Of a stretch of DNA of 64,000 nt, positions 29,793 through 41,763 are shown piece by piece (position 1 is the stretch's first letter; each line of letters begins with the position of its first letter). A program made the translations under genes and the position numbers. Below the pieces are notes generated by a model. It was not told the origin of the DNA. It ran no database searches and saw only the letters and a program-made list of their open reading frames with translations. This DNA comes from Daphnia carinata (taxonomy: Eukaryota): positions 14,260,001 through 14,324,000 of the forward strand of contig NC_081331.1 in assembly GCF_022539665.2 (NCBI RefSeq). The letters run 5' to 3'.

Positions 29793-32142
29793 ATGCTCGG
29801 GTGCCATGCCATACATTCTCCTGAAATGAGTCTCAATCAATTACCCGAAGAAATTTTAATACGCCACATACTTTCATATGCAGAAATTACTATTTTCGAT
29901 TTGCAGAGTTTGATGTTTTCCTGCCATACTTTATATCGTTTTATTCGAAATTCGAACGAGTTGTGGAGACTGAAGTTCAGTACAAGGTGATTAATCTTAG
30001 CATAGAATGCAACTTTTCCTGTACAATGGATATCTTGCTTTTTCTAGATGGCCTCAAATTCCAATTCAATGCCAAGAGAGAAATGAAAGGATTTGGTATG
30101 AAAGGGTAGCTCTTGCAATAAAAGCAGCCAAAGAAGTTAACAACACACTGCAAGAAATGTCTTTTCAGTGTTACCCTTTAAACCAGAGTCCTTTGAGTGC
30201 AGCAGATAAGTTGATTACGGGTCAACATCCCATTCCTGAATGTGTCCAACATGAACTTGAGCTTATGGCTAGTACCATGTAAGTATCTTTAGTTGTTTAA
30301 CCGTTACATGGCAGTATTATTATTTAAGCAAGCATTATTTGGTTATCAATTAGCAATGAAAATTTGACAACACAATACTATGCCAGGGATGTCTTAACCA
30401 AAGTCAAAAGCCGTGTGATAGAACATAAATTACAAGATTTGATGGCACGACCGGAATCCCAGAAATCCCTAGTAGAAGGTGCTGCACTGATTTCCCAGTG
30501 GTTTGAGCTGGGCATGCTTAAACAAACCAGTCGAAGTGACATAAGACGAGCCATTGATGACCTCACCGAAAGAGTAAAGAAGCTTACCATTTCTACGGTG
30601 TGTGATGCAAAATTTTCATTTCCAACCGCCGAAGCATGTGATTCATTGGAAAAAGCCAAAGAAATCCTCGACGTGATTCATCTGGTTATGTTTCGTGAAA
30701 TAGGCTTTAAACTATCTCCTATTTACGGGTTGTCTCTCGATCATTATTGCTCCATCGCAGAGGTACAGTACGTTTGGTTTATTTATTCCTACGTTCATTG
30801 AAATAGCTGTATTGTTTCTTGTATTTTACATACTAGGTGCTTGAAACGAAGCGTGGCTGTCATATGCTTATAACAATAATCTTCCAGGAAGTTGCCAGGA
30901 AACTTGGTGTTCCATTACAAATTGTAATTTATGGAGAACGTTCATTTCACGGAGAAAGGAATTTACTTCTACGATGGAGCAAATATCCAGGGTAATACAT
31001 TTCTTTCTTTAAAATTAATTACATTTGACCAGTGGGAAAAAACTCAATTATTCTGTTTAAACACTATTGTTTGAAAAGGGAAGTGGATGCAGACAGAATC
31101 TACTACATTGACGTTTGTGCCGAAATATACGAGTCTTTAAAGCCGTGCCATTGTTATCAAGCCGCCATGGGTCAACCAGCTTCCTCAGCTCAGCAAGTGT
31201 TTCAGCAAATGATGAGCACAATGTTAGAACAATTGCGGAATCATTGGGGATCGTTTCTCAACTTTACTGGCAAAGGAAGAGACAACGATAGTAGACTCCT
31301 CATTCGACTTGCTATTATTATTTCACCTCAAGAAAGGAATTTAGTCCTAGAATATGCAAACCTCTGCTTAGCTTTAAACCTCCAGATGGACGACGCAGCT
31401 CAACTCCTTCAGGTATGTGCACTTATGTAATCAACTTAAAAACCCTATCATTAATTTTATTGTTTTTAAAAAAGTCTGTGGGGCTTCAGGGTCATCAGAT
31501 GATTAAGAAGTGCACGGAAAAGGTGTGGAGACAACAAATATTAATCATTGCGGCGGTAAAAAATCTATATTATCTTGACTAGCTTTTGCGAAATGTTTAA
31601 CTCTATTTTAATTTCTGTCAGAAATTTGTTTGTAACCGGCCTCCAACATTAAAATATGCAGTCGGCCTCATCATGGAATTTAAATCAATGCCCGTATTTT
31701 ACACCAACCACAGCCAACCTTGCGTCATTGTTTCGTGGAGCCCAAATTTCCAAAAAGCCGGTCAATGGAAGACTGTTAGAAGAAGGAAGGCGAAGAGCGT
31801 TCAGCATCAGGCATACTACCACATTTTGATAAAAAATGCCCCCAGTGGTTTTATCGGATTAAACGTTGCTGAAGGTAAGCTTATCTCATTACACGGCTCA
31901 CGGTGCTATTATTAAAGAAATCGTAATGTATTCCGTCTGCGTTACCTTTTTCTCCCAATTGATTTTTAGAAACTTTGGAGCTTCATCATGATCCCGATCT
32001 CGCTCACGAGCAGCTGGGATCTGATTTCATAGGCAACGGATACTTTGAACGATTCGACGGCCGCAGGTACGTCCCTAACGCGGAATTGATAGCGAGATTT
32101 CCTGAGGATGAGAAAGTTGTTATAGATTTAATTGCGCAATGA
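29793..32142 (+). CDS. FBXO21: F-box only protein 21-like (F-box, transglutaminase-like core 2, YccV-like C-terminus)
   Basis: F-box SLNQLPEEILIRHIL; SLVEGAALISQWF; VLETKRGC...IFQEVARKLGV; LKYAVGLIM...CVIVSW...AYYHILI; C-terminal YFERFDGRRYVPNAELIARFPED. Multi-exon. Appears divergent, so it may be a paralogue. Confidence 0.8.
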
Positions 32143-32345
32143 CTCGTCTAACTTTGACCTAGTCTTATTGACCTAACTTTTTCGTTATCTAGTCGCATTT
32201 AAAAACGCATTTTTGCAAAATTTATTTAATTATTAAATCTCAAATTTCGTATATTTATCATATTTCGTAAAGTTATTTTTTGAATGATACAACCAACCGA
32301 ATAAATTCATATGACATGTGAAATAAACGTTCGTAGATTGATTAA

Positions 32346-32908
32346 ATTATTAATCCGACTGCAGTTTCCGCCAGGAGGAGAATGTCGACTTAAATGTTTG
32401 TAGCCAAGATGATTGCCATTGGTATATCGCGGGTAATTATCGCTTTTTTGATTTTTTCTTCTTTTCTATGTTTTCCGTGGTTTTCGTTGTTACTCTTGCA
32501 CACAAATTTGCCGACTAAGCTCTTACAATCGGCTATGCAACAAATAGAATAATCAAGAGGAAGAGATTCGCAAAAGAAAATAAGAAGAGGCAGTCGAAAG
32601 ATAATTTTTTACCGCAAGATATTGTTTCAGTAAAAAAATTGTTAGACGATTTTATGTATAGGCATCGATAAAATGGTAGTATTTAAATCTGTTTTGTATT
32701 TTCAAGTGCTCAACGTAAGAAAAAAATGCAAATAAAAATTATGAAAGAAATTACTATATTCGTCTCACCTCAACCGACAATTTCACTACTGTTTTAATAT
32801 ACAGACACGACATGGTTGGCCAATTTAAAAAGGATTATTAATCCGACTGCAGTTTCCCTCAGGAGGAGAATGTCGACTTAAATGTTTGTGGCCGAAATGG
32901 TTGCCATT
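32346..32908 (+). repeat. Pair of ~75 bp direct repeats (32346-32420 and 32834-32908); possible non-autonomous TE ends
   Basis: ATTATTAATCCGACTGCAGTTTCC..CAGGAGGAGAATGTCGACTTAAATGTTTGT..GCCATT occurs twice with few mismatches. Confidence 0.85.
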
Positions 32909-33143
32909 CTGGTGATTCATTTTCATTCTATGATTTGCATACAATTCTGAAATGATATCGAGCCAAATTTGAGATTTGGCCAAAAATAAGATATAGGCAT
33001 AATAATAGGCCGAAAAAATCAGCCCGGCCTTGTGTTTTTGACGTTTAGTTAAAAAACTATAAGGCCAATTGAAAAATAAATGTGATTTTCGTGATTAGCA
33101 TTCAATTCTAAATCGAAATCATGAATCCTTTAGCCAAAAATGA

Positions 33144-33175
33144 AAAAGTGAGAAGGCTATAGCCTTCTCACTTTT
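33144..33175. repeat. Perfect 32 bp palindrome at the centre of an imperfect foldback
   Basis: AAAAGTGAGAAGGCTA|TAGCCTTCTCACTTTT, flanked by the inverted pair TGTGATTTTC (33081) and GAAAATCACA (33215). Confidence 0.95.
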
Positions 33176-33339
33176 GTCAAAATCGGCCAAAAATAAAATC
33201 TCTTGGAATTCGATGAAAATCACACAATATAATCAAAATTTAACGCTCATTCAAAAAAAGCCATTCGTTTTCTTTTCAAGTTAGCCGTTTTTGAATTACA
33301 CCGAATATTCGTGCAAAAATAAAAAAGTCGGGCTTATAT

Positions 33340-33736
33340 TGTTGTAACTGTTGCCCTCTGTTGTCTGTTTCAAGTGCTGCCATCTTGTGTTTGATTTATT
33401 ACCATGCTTGTCTCCCTTAGAGACCTTTCCTTAGAGACCTCCCTTAGAGACCTTTCCACCCCTAGAGGTTAGGTCGAACCTTAGTCGACCTCTGGCCTCT
33501 CTTTTATTCAGACTGAGAGTCGGGATTTGGCTCGATGTCCGATAGGACGCTAATAGTGGGCTCTGCTATTAGCTGGCCGCCCTCGCGTAAGTCCTTCAGA
33601 AGGAGCTCTGCAAGACTGCTGGCTTCCCTTCGCGTATAGTGTATGTGTATTTGTAAATAGTATATGTTGTGTGTATTTTGTATTCCTTTGTTGTAATGTC
33701 TTTGTCTGTGTATGAGTAAATGAAAAAACCGTAACA
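33340..33736 (-). mobile_element. Solo LTR of an LTR retrotransposon
   Basis: TGTT...AACA termini with a 4 bp ATAT duplication (33336-33339 and 33737-33740). AATAAA on the minus strand at ~33503-33508 and internal CCTTAGAGACCT repeats. It interrupts the GTCGGGCTTA motif array. Confidence 0.8.
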
Positions 33737-35564
33737 ATATATGTAGTCGGGTTTATTTAGTCGGGCTTAAAAATTTTTCCTGCAAAAACCGGCATTCGTC
33801 GGTATACGTTGAAAATCACAGGATATACTCAAAATTGAATGCTGATACCGATAAAATTGTTATTTTATTCATTCAGACAACCATTTCGGAAATACGCCGA
33901 ATATGCAGCATCGCGCTAGCGCTGTAGCGTACTGGCGCCCTAGCATAAGGTCATAATATTTATGTCGGAAAATAAACGCGACAAAGTAAGCCCGACTTTT
34001 CCACCAATCAATTTAGTTTTCCATCGGGAAACGGCGACTGTGAATAGAAGTTGTCTAAAATAACGTAGATGAAATGGCGCACTTCTCATTCTCGAGAGAA
34101 ACAAAAACAAAACAAAAATAGTGTAATAACGTATACGTAAACTAACCAAAAATTATGTTATAGTCAACCTTATGGCAATCCGTTTTACCCAAAATAAAAA
34201 TGAAAAATATTGGCCTTTTTTCTGTTTTACTGCTATCGCCATCTACCGGTCACATTTCTAGTTAATTCTCTACATACACTGACCGAAAAAAAATTTTAAG
34301 CCCGACTAAATAAGTCCAACTAAATAAGCCCGACTTTTCTCGGTCGGGCTTAAATTTTTTTTCTGAAAAAACTGACACTCATCGGAATTATCTGAATATC
34401 ACAGGGTATCCTTAAAATTGAATGCTGATTCCGAATAAGTTGATATTTTTTTAATGAAGTTAATTGTTTTTGAAATACACCGAGTATTTCACGCAATGCT
34501 AGCGCGCCAGTACGGTACAGCGCTAGTGCGATGCTTATTTTGTCGGGCTTATTTTAAAACCTGGCCAAACAGTATTTCCATTAGATGGCGGTGCAGATTC
34601 ATCAGCCTCTAGCGTGTGAAATGGAACTATTGTTATTTTTTGTTGTCATGTGATTCTCATTATTTACTTTGTTTTTACGTTGACAACGTGTATTTGAGTT
34701 TCCCTCGTCTGAACGGTATCGTTATTTCTGTTTTTTTTTTTTTTTGTTTTTACCTCCACCCCTATATCGATGTGCAAATATTGCACTGCTTCATTACCGA
34801 AACGAAATGTCAGCCGTTGCACTTGGGCTTAGCATGAGGTAATATTAACATACTTTTGGAAAACCAGGTCTCATGTTGTATCATTCTGGGTAAAGCCAGT
34901 GTTACAAGCAGAACTGTGCATGATATTTGGTGAAAATCGATGGTTTTTGTGTTTACAACCAAAAGCCAATTTTCAGGATTATTAAGATGATAATTTACTA
35001 CTTTTACATTTGCAACATGTTAATCTTATTCTTCTTTTGTTAGTAAACATATCCAGTAGTGGAGTTGCAAGTAACAGATGGGTTCTGTTGTGTACTTTGC
35101 ACATGTCGTGGTTTGTTGCATGATTTTATTACTTTGTGAATCAATTGTAACTTATTTACGAGACATTCTTGGAGATGTGGTATTTGCTAATATTCTGCAA
35201 GAATAGGATCACCCATTTACTTCTGTCTGGTAATAACCATATCTGTTCACCTATCCCCTTAATTCTGATGACTACAAAATTAAGGGGATGGTTTTAAAAC
35301 ATTTGCTTCGATTATTATGTGTGTGGTAGTGATTTGAAGTGGTATACAGGTCGTACCTGAAACCTGAACTTTAAGAACTTTGAAAGGCCATGTTATGTTC
35401 ATTTACTATAGTTTACATTTGAAACTACGCAGATCTTTTGTAAGTTGTGAAGGAGAACATAGTTCATTTTTTACATTTTCGAAATTTTAACTTTCAGTAC
35501 AACTTCCGGTTTGAAAATGCCTAATAACTCACTATCTGTTGGTCTGAATGAAAAAAGAACCACA

Positions 35565-35755
35565 TTTTCGTAATCCTCGTGAAATTTGGGGTCGAATGCA
35601 TGTGTCAGTAGGAAATACCCGAAAATCGTCAAAAATCGCAAATTTCCCTGAACTATAGTTCAGGAAAAACCACGATTTTGGCCAAATTGGACTTTTCGCC
35701 AAAAACAGGTCAAAATAGGTCAGACACACCCTAAATTTTACGAGGATCACGAAAA
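35565..35755. repeat. Foldback/MITE-like imperfect palindrome with perfect 18 bp core
   Basis: Core CCTGAACTA|TAGTTCAGG at 35647-35664. Arms TTTTCGTAATCCTCGTGAAATTTGGGGT and ACCCTAAATTTTACGAGGATCACGAAAA are inverted matches. Confidence 0.85.
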
Positions 35756-36197
35756 TCATATTCGTTTTGTTGTGGGCCCAGTATTTCTGGAGATATAGGC
35801 TACTTCCGGTCACTTCCGGTAAATTTTTTTTCAACTTCGCAAAAACTAAAAAATGAACATTAATATGCCAAACACTTTAAGCATTTCGATCATATATGAA
35901 ATGGTGTAGAAGCTTCTTTCGTGCTTGTTTTGTTATTTTACTGTTGGTTGATCGCGCGAATTGATATACTTTTGACTCTACTTCGTTAACAGAGACTACT
36001 AGCATTATGTATCACGCTAATGGGAAGGTATACCTGGTAAATATAGATCATAGCATGAAGATATACCACATACTATTATTATAACCTTATCACGCACGGC
36101 CATCTGATGTATAGTCAGGTTGAAAAATAAGCCCGACTTCTTGTTTTACGTTATGCTGTATCGTATTAGCACGGTACAGGAAATTAAATAATATTAA

Positions 36198-36264
36198 TAG
36201 CTCTGAGGTAGAGCGTCTGACTACGGGAATCGAGAATCAAGAGTTCGAGTCACGTCTGGATCCA
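36198..36264 (+). pseudogene. tRNA-derived sequence (Arg-ACG-like), degenerate
   Basis: A-box-like TAGCTCTGAGGTAGAGC, anticodon-arm-like GTCTGACTACGG and B-box-like GAGTTCGAGTC. The acceptor stem is poor. Confidence 0.6.
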
Positions 36265-36460
36265 ATGTGCCAGAGGATTGAATTACGGTTGCCACTGTAG
36301 ACAATATTTCTTTGTACGAAAAATGAATCACTCTATTGTATTTATAGGTGACATTCCGAGACGGAAATATTAAATTGCGTTGGGACGCACAACAATATTA
36401 TTACAAGTGCAAATAGATTTCCTTCAAAAGACATGGAAAAATAGTTATTTAATTTACAAG

Positions 36461-36526
36461 ACTCATGGCTCTATGGTTGAGCATCGGCGTCGCACGTCAG
36501 AGATCAAGGGTTCAGTCCCCTAGAGA
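36461..36526 (+). pseudogene. tRNA-like degenerate sequence
   Basis: TGGCTCTATGGTTGAGCATCGGCG...GGGTTCAGTCCC, related to the motifs at 41413-41476 and 41764-41830. Confidence 0.55.
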
Positions 36527-36819
36527 GTCAAAATGAAAATAAATATGTGTACCTCAAAATGTCAAATCTGATATACAATGTATGTATACTATTCAATATC
36601 AGTAATGCACATAAAGTTGTAGAATCTCCATGAAGTGAGATTAAAGTGCATCGTTCCATAATCTGTCTAACAACGAAATATAGTCCCATGATTGGGAATA
36701 GCAAAAACTGAAAATGTAATGTATACGTCCATAAATTGACATAGCGACATCAATAAGGAAATGTATGTGTAATAAATAAGGAAATGTGAACAGTGCAGTG
36801 CAACAGCACGACAGTAAAA

Positions 36820-37256
36820 AAGACAATATCTGTAAATATTTTTTTGTAAAGAATTTGTATTGACAGTATTCGGCACAATTTAAAGACTTGCAACTTTGAA
36901 AGGCAAAATAGCCGATTTCAAAGTTGCTGTCAACCAAGGTAGGGGGAGACACTACCTCAGTTTGACTCACCGGGGAGATTACCCGGTGCGTGGCTAAGAG
37001 AAGCCGGAAGAAGAGCGAAGGTTGCGGACAAGCTTTTACGTGAGCGATTAACTGTTAATTCGGATTTTTGGGTAGCCCCATAGCCCTCCAATGATATCAT
37101 CGGACCATGAGGACCCCCACGTCCCCTTTCCAGACAGCGCACTCACAACCGTTACTGCTGATCACAGTAGGGGCATGACCCCCTACGGGCTTATTAAAAA
37201 TCAAAGGGAAACGGGGCCACAGAAAAGAAGGGAGCCCAGATATACACTTCAATTTA
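36820..37256 (+). repeat. Hairpin-rich module X, diverged copy 1
   Basis: Shares CACCGGGGAGATTACCCGGTG, AGAGAAGCCGGAAGAAGAGC, CAGTAGGGGCATGACCCCCTACGGGCTTATTA and GAAGGGAGCCCAGATAT.CACTTCAATT with 41922-42516. Confidence 0.9.
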
Positions 37257-37259
37257 TAT

Positions 37260-38960
37260 AAATTTTAATACTTTGTTTTCCGGCCGCAGCAACGACTGAA
37301 GGTAATGGGCAGGAAGCATTTTTCAAAAATTCCTTCGGGCTTCCAACCGTTATCATTATGAAATTTGGTTCGACTAGATACCTCTTTTGATTCAGTATGA
37401 TTCTTAACCTATTTAAAGAAAACGAAACATGAATCAATTTTTAAACGTTTGCCTATCAATATATATTCAATAAGGATCGGTGCAATCCTTCTTTACCTCT
37501 TGTTTTGGTGAACTACTGGTATTAACTGTATTCAGCTAATGGTTTGACAGACATAGTGCATGCTTGGATGGTAAGTTGACGGGCAGCGAAGAAACTAATC
37601 ATTAAGCGACTACCTATTTTCTAATACCTATGCAAAAAACACAATAAATGGCATTTTAATTAGTTATAATCATGGGTTTCCAGGCACAAAAAAAGACAGA
37701 CTTACTGGCTGAGACGGTTCAAAACGTTCCAACTTCTTTCAGGACCCCTGCATCAGAATGACAGACTGAGGATGAGTTCGGAAGTCGCGAATTGAGATAG
37801 CCAATTTCGGTAATATACTTGATCTCTTTCATACTAGGCATGTAATCTAAATTTTCTGTACAATGTACAACAAAAAACAAAGCAGTAAAATAATTCTGTA
37901 TAAAAAATTACTAAATTGCATTTTGTTACACCTATTTGGCTTTGTAAAGTGATACTAACTTACAACATAGTCCTGTGAAGTTGGTCACCGGGCATGACAA
38001 GCAATACATCTTCGATATAAGCTGAAGCAGTCTGATTCAAGAATGCTTAGGTTGTCCAAACACACTGCATAGTGACTGATGGAACAGCAGAAAATCAGGA
38101 TGTAGATTAATTGATTTTCCAGAAATAAGTACCGTTGACGTTTGAAATTCTGACCAACTGTTTTTGCTGTTCACATTTTTCAAAATGTTGAGCACATACT
38201 TAAGGCCACCATAGCACAGAATTTTTTTCCAGTTTTGCAAACATACCATCACAGCATCTATGAGGAACAGGAGAGGTTAAAGTTTTCTTTCTTTAAAAAT
38301 CTATTTATTTCATAACATACCACGATAAGCTCTTCTTTTGTAATGGGCAGCCCTCTCTAAGTACTTGCATAAGTAATGCTTCAATACTTAGAACAGCTGA
38401 AACAAGCAGTTGTGATAAAAAAAAGTATCAGCACCACTGGCAAGAATACAAGCATGAAGACTTGTTATGGACAATATCTACAATTGGTACAAATGACAGA
38501 TGGGGTGAAACTACAATATGATGAACTAAACTGAACCTTCCTCATTGATGTGTCAATCTATAGAAGGATTTAAATCTTTCTTAATGAGACATGCAGGATA
38601 CTGTTTAATATTTTAGTAAAGATGGTACCAAATGCTGAGTTACTAGAAATTTTGCCCGGAAAATCTCCAACTGACATGTGAAACATAAATCAGCTGTTCT
38701 GCATTTGCAAATCCAGTGTTCAAGTAACCATATTATCCAATCCATGTCTGCCATGTCTTGGTGTCACATAGAACATCGTAAAAATTGTTTTAAAAAAAGA
38801 ATATATTTTTTTTTCGATAGTGAGTTTTATTAATATCTAAATAACGAAAGTCATATGTATACTCACAGATGTATCATTTTCAATCCAAAGAAGTCTTGTT
38901 TTTTTCTTAAGCAAACTTTTTTGTGAAGAAATGAAGAGTTTCTACTGGCATTACTCATTT
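37260..38960 (-). pseudogene. Decayed spliced gene remnant of unknown family inside unit 1
   Basis: Alternating exon-like segments and ~60-70 nt intron-like segments with minus-strand GT/AG sites. Frames are interrupted by stops and no domain is recognised. Confidence 0.35.
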
Positions 38961-39292
38961 TCACCGAAGGAAGTCCTTGCAAACACACCATATTAGGAGC
39001 AGCGCGACGAAGCAGAAATATTAGGTCAATGTATATAGAGAATTAACTAAAAATCTGACCGTTAGATGGCGATAGCAGAAAAACAGAAAAAACGCTTATA
39101 TTTTTTTTAGGGGGGGGGGGTAAAACGGATTGCCATATATATACGTTATTATATGGCAATCCGTTTTACATAAAAAAAAAAAAAAAATGGCGGAAAAAAA
39201 AATAAAAAATCGCACTTTTTTCTTTTTTTCCGACACGTAGCCATCTACCGCTCAGACTCGCTATTACTGGCGTAGACAATTTCAGTCCATTG

Positions 39293-40821
39293 GATGCCAT
39301 TCGCAGTTAGTTCAGTAGCGTGGATGGAGAATAACGCGTGGCTGGAGGAACAATTGAAAAATGGATAAGATAATACAACAAAAGGATGGTAAGTATAAAC
39401 ATTATTATATTTGTTTTGAATTATTAATTATTGTTTATTAGATCAACTTATGGACCTGCAGGCTCAATTATTGCAACAGCACAAAATATTAGATAACAGC
39501 AAAGCTAAGGATGGTAAGGCCTAATACATCATGATTCTATTTATTTGCTTTTATTCATTTGTGTTTTGTAGCTCAAAGTTTGAGTCTACAAGCTCAGCTA
39601 GGGGAAAAGAACAAATTGGAACGGAACAGTTTCCAAACAGTGAAGGAGGTTTTTCCAAATTCAAATCTAACTGAACATGAGGATGAATTGGCATTAGGCG
39701 AACACAGTCAGGTACCTAAACTTTTCAAATAAGAATTCAAAATAAGTATAGAATTTTAACAAACAAGTATTTATTGTTTAGTTATTCAGTCTACCACCTG
39801 ACAGTGTGTTAAATTTAAATTCTGTTAGTGCTGCACAAAAAGAATCGTTAGTAATAAGCCCATGCAGTGAAGGAAGTGAACAATTGTGGGACCGTATTTG
39901 GGCCGAAAATGGGTGTGGTACGGAAACCAAGATATGGCACCAGTTCAACATGAAACATGGATTAGGTACTTTTTGGTTTTATGTCTATTGAAAAAGTATT
40001 TTTAATGCTATTATTTTGCATTCACAGAATTTAATGGGGGATCAAATCAAGTCTGGAAGTGTTACAGGATGCAAGAGTCAGCCTACAGATGAAAAAACAC
40101 AGAAAGTGCATTACCATTAAGGTGAGGTAAAGTAATAGAGTATGCACATTGTCTAATGAGAAGTACCATCTTGTGTTAATAAATCCAGTACAACAGCAAT
40201 CCTTTATAGTTCTGTCACAGCTAGAAACCTCAAATAATTCTGCTTCTCTGTCTAAAGAACAACTTCTCCTTTACGTTCAGAGTGTTGGGGAAACTGGGTA
40301 CTTAAATGGCCCTAAAGATGTTTTAATTTTGCTGCCATTGCAGAGATGAACATCATACATGGACTCTTTAGGTATGAAAGGATTTTTCTTCAAATAATTT
40401 TGAATTTGTGACGAAGAATTTCTCCTCCTTTTTGCCAACCAGGTCTAATCTACCAAAAAAAAATTTATCCAATAGGAAAGGATTTTCATGTACTGGGAAC
40501 ACAACTATCAACAATGCAACATTGTACAGGTGCTAGTTTATCATTCAAGAGCCTTATACAATGATATTAATCTGCAATTTGTATGTCCTTCCCCAAGCTT
40601 CCACCAGAAGTTGAATCTATGAGTCATGTAAGTTACATGATCAACAGTTGATATGTTTAACGGTGTTGTTTTTCTTTTCTCAATATAGGTTAATAGTAAC
40701 ATTGGATCTGAAAAAATTCTTGGTTGGGGCAAGACACTGAATAAATTGTATTGATTGGATGGATGACATGACATTTCTGTACTTAATTCGGATTCCCCAG
40801 ACGGTATTTGATATTAAAAAA
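39293..40821 (+). pseudogene. Decayed multi-exon gene remnant of unknown family
   Basis: Short exon-like blocks with GTAAG donors (39389, 39514) and TAG/CAG acceptors, interrupted by stops and frameshifts. Its 3' part (40570-40821) resembles the reverse complement of 42517-42780. Confidence 0.4.
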
Positions 40822-41412
40822 ATTGAAGTGCATATCTGGGCTCCCTTCTTTTCTGAAGCCCCGTTTCCCCTTGACTCGTAATAAGCCCGTAGGGGGTCAT
40901 GCCCCTACTGTACGGTATATATAAAAACAACATATACCGAGGTTTGGAGGGCTCTGGCCGGAAAGGGGACGTGGGGTGCCGCTTAGTCCGATGATGTGTT
41001 CACGGAGGGCGATGTGGCTACCCACAAATCCGAACTAAAGGTTAATCGCTCCTGTAAAAATGTTCCAAATCTTCAGCTCTTCTTCCGGCTTCTCTTAGCC
41101 AACCACCGGGTAATCTCCCCGGTGGGTCAACAAGGCAGTGTCTCCCCCTGCCTGGGTTGACGACAACTTTTGAAAGGGCTATTGTGCCTTTTTAAAGTTG
41201 CAAAAATAATTGTAATGTGCAGAGAATTGTCAATAAAAATTTTTTTATAAAATATTTTATCCAAAATTTGTTTCTTTCATTGTCTGTGTTAGCCGTGTTC
41301 ACACATTACATTTATCAACTTTTTTTTTTCTTCGCATTATTTGTTTTCGTCACCTTTGATGGTAAGCATTGTTTCCATTGGTTTATCGTTTATATGTTAG
41401 TATTCTATTATT
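40822..41412 (-). repeat. Module X copy 2; left arm of ~590 bp near-perfect inverted repeat
   Basis: The reverse complement matches 41922-42516 with few differences; the duplicated ORF-track peptides MQRIVNKNFF... confirm this. Confidence 0.95.
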
Positions 41413-41476
41413 ATCCAGGGATCGAACCCTGGATGTTCGGCATACCGCGCCGATGCTCTACCAATGAGCCATGAAT
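41413..41476 (-). pseudogene. tRNA-like degenerate sequence
   Basis: Minus strand TGGCTCATTGGTAGAGCA TCGGC-GCGGTAT-GCCGA ...CCAGGGTTCGATCCCTGG gives an A box, anticodon-like arm and B box/T arm. Confidence 0.65.
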
Positions 41477-41599
41477 CATATGATGTCAAGTTGGCTTTTT
41501 TCTAGTTACTTGTGGACTTGCATTTACACTTAGAATAAAAAGGAAATGCAATTCTGCAATATACTCTTCTACATTTATTCTACTTCATTTTTACACATC

Positions 41600-41663
41600 T
41601 ACTGAGGTTTGATCCCAGGGTAACAGGTATCGCAACTGAAGGCTCTACCACAGAGTTATGAAC
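41600..41663 (-). pseudogene. tRNA-like highly degenerate sequence
   Basis: Minus strand TAACTCTGTGGTAGAGC...CTGGGATCAAACCTCAG. Confidence 0.4.
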
Positions 41664-41763
41664 CTTATATAAGAAATAGAAAGATAAACATATATTTGTG
41701 AAAGACTGCATAAACATCCTAGACGATAACATATAATATGCGATAATAAAACATTTAGATATA

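Larger units (their letters stand above)
33327..36137. repeat. Dispersed TAAGCCCGAC / GTCGGGCTTA motif array with degenerate ~150 bp repeats (TE subterminal-like)
   Basis: Motif at ~33327, 33746, 33760, 33988, 34297, 34311, 34325, 34343, 34542 and 36128, some at 14 nt spacing. Related blocks at ~33780-33900 and ~34360-34490, and an inverted ~40 bp pair at 33907-33946 / 34495-34534. Confidence 0.8.
34171..39137. mobile_element. Unit 1: ~5 kb segment bounded by ~113 bp imperfect terminal inverted repeats; no transposase recognised
   Basis: 34171-34284 (TATGGCAATCCGTTTTACCC...TGCTATCGCCATCTA.CGGTCA.ATTT.TAGTTAATTCTCTA.ATACA.TGACC) is the reverse complement of 39024-39137. Confidence 0.75.

Noticed and set aside
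33504..33737. 77 aa ORF
   Set aside because: Lies wholly inside the solo LTR and shows no gag/pol similarity.
32346..36137. CRISPR-like array
   Set aside because: Eukaryotic context, mixed repeat orientation, no regular unique spacers and no cas genes.
40940..41060. Hammerhead or HDV ribozyme in module X
   Set aside because: CCGATGA differs from the CUGANGA core and I found no properly placed GAAA or stems; a covariance search is needed.
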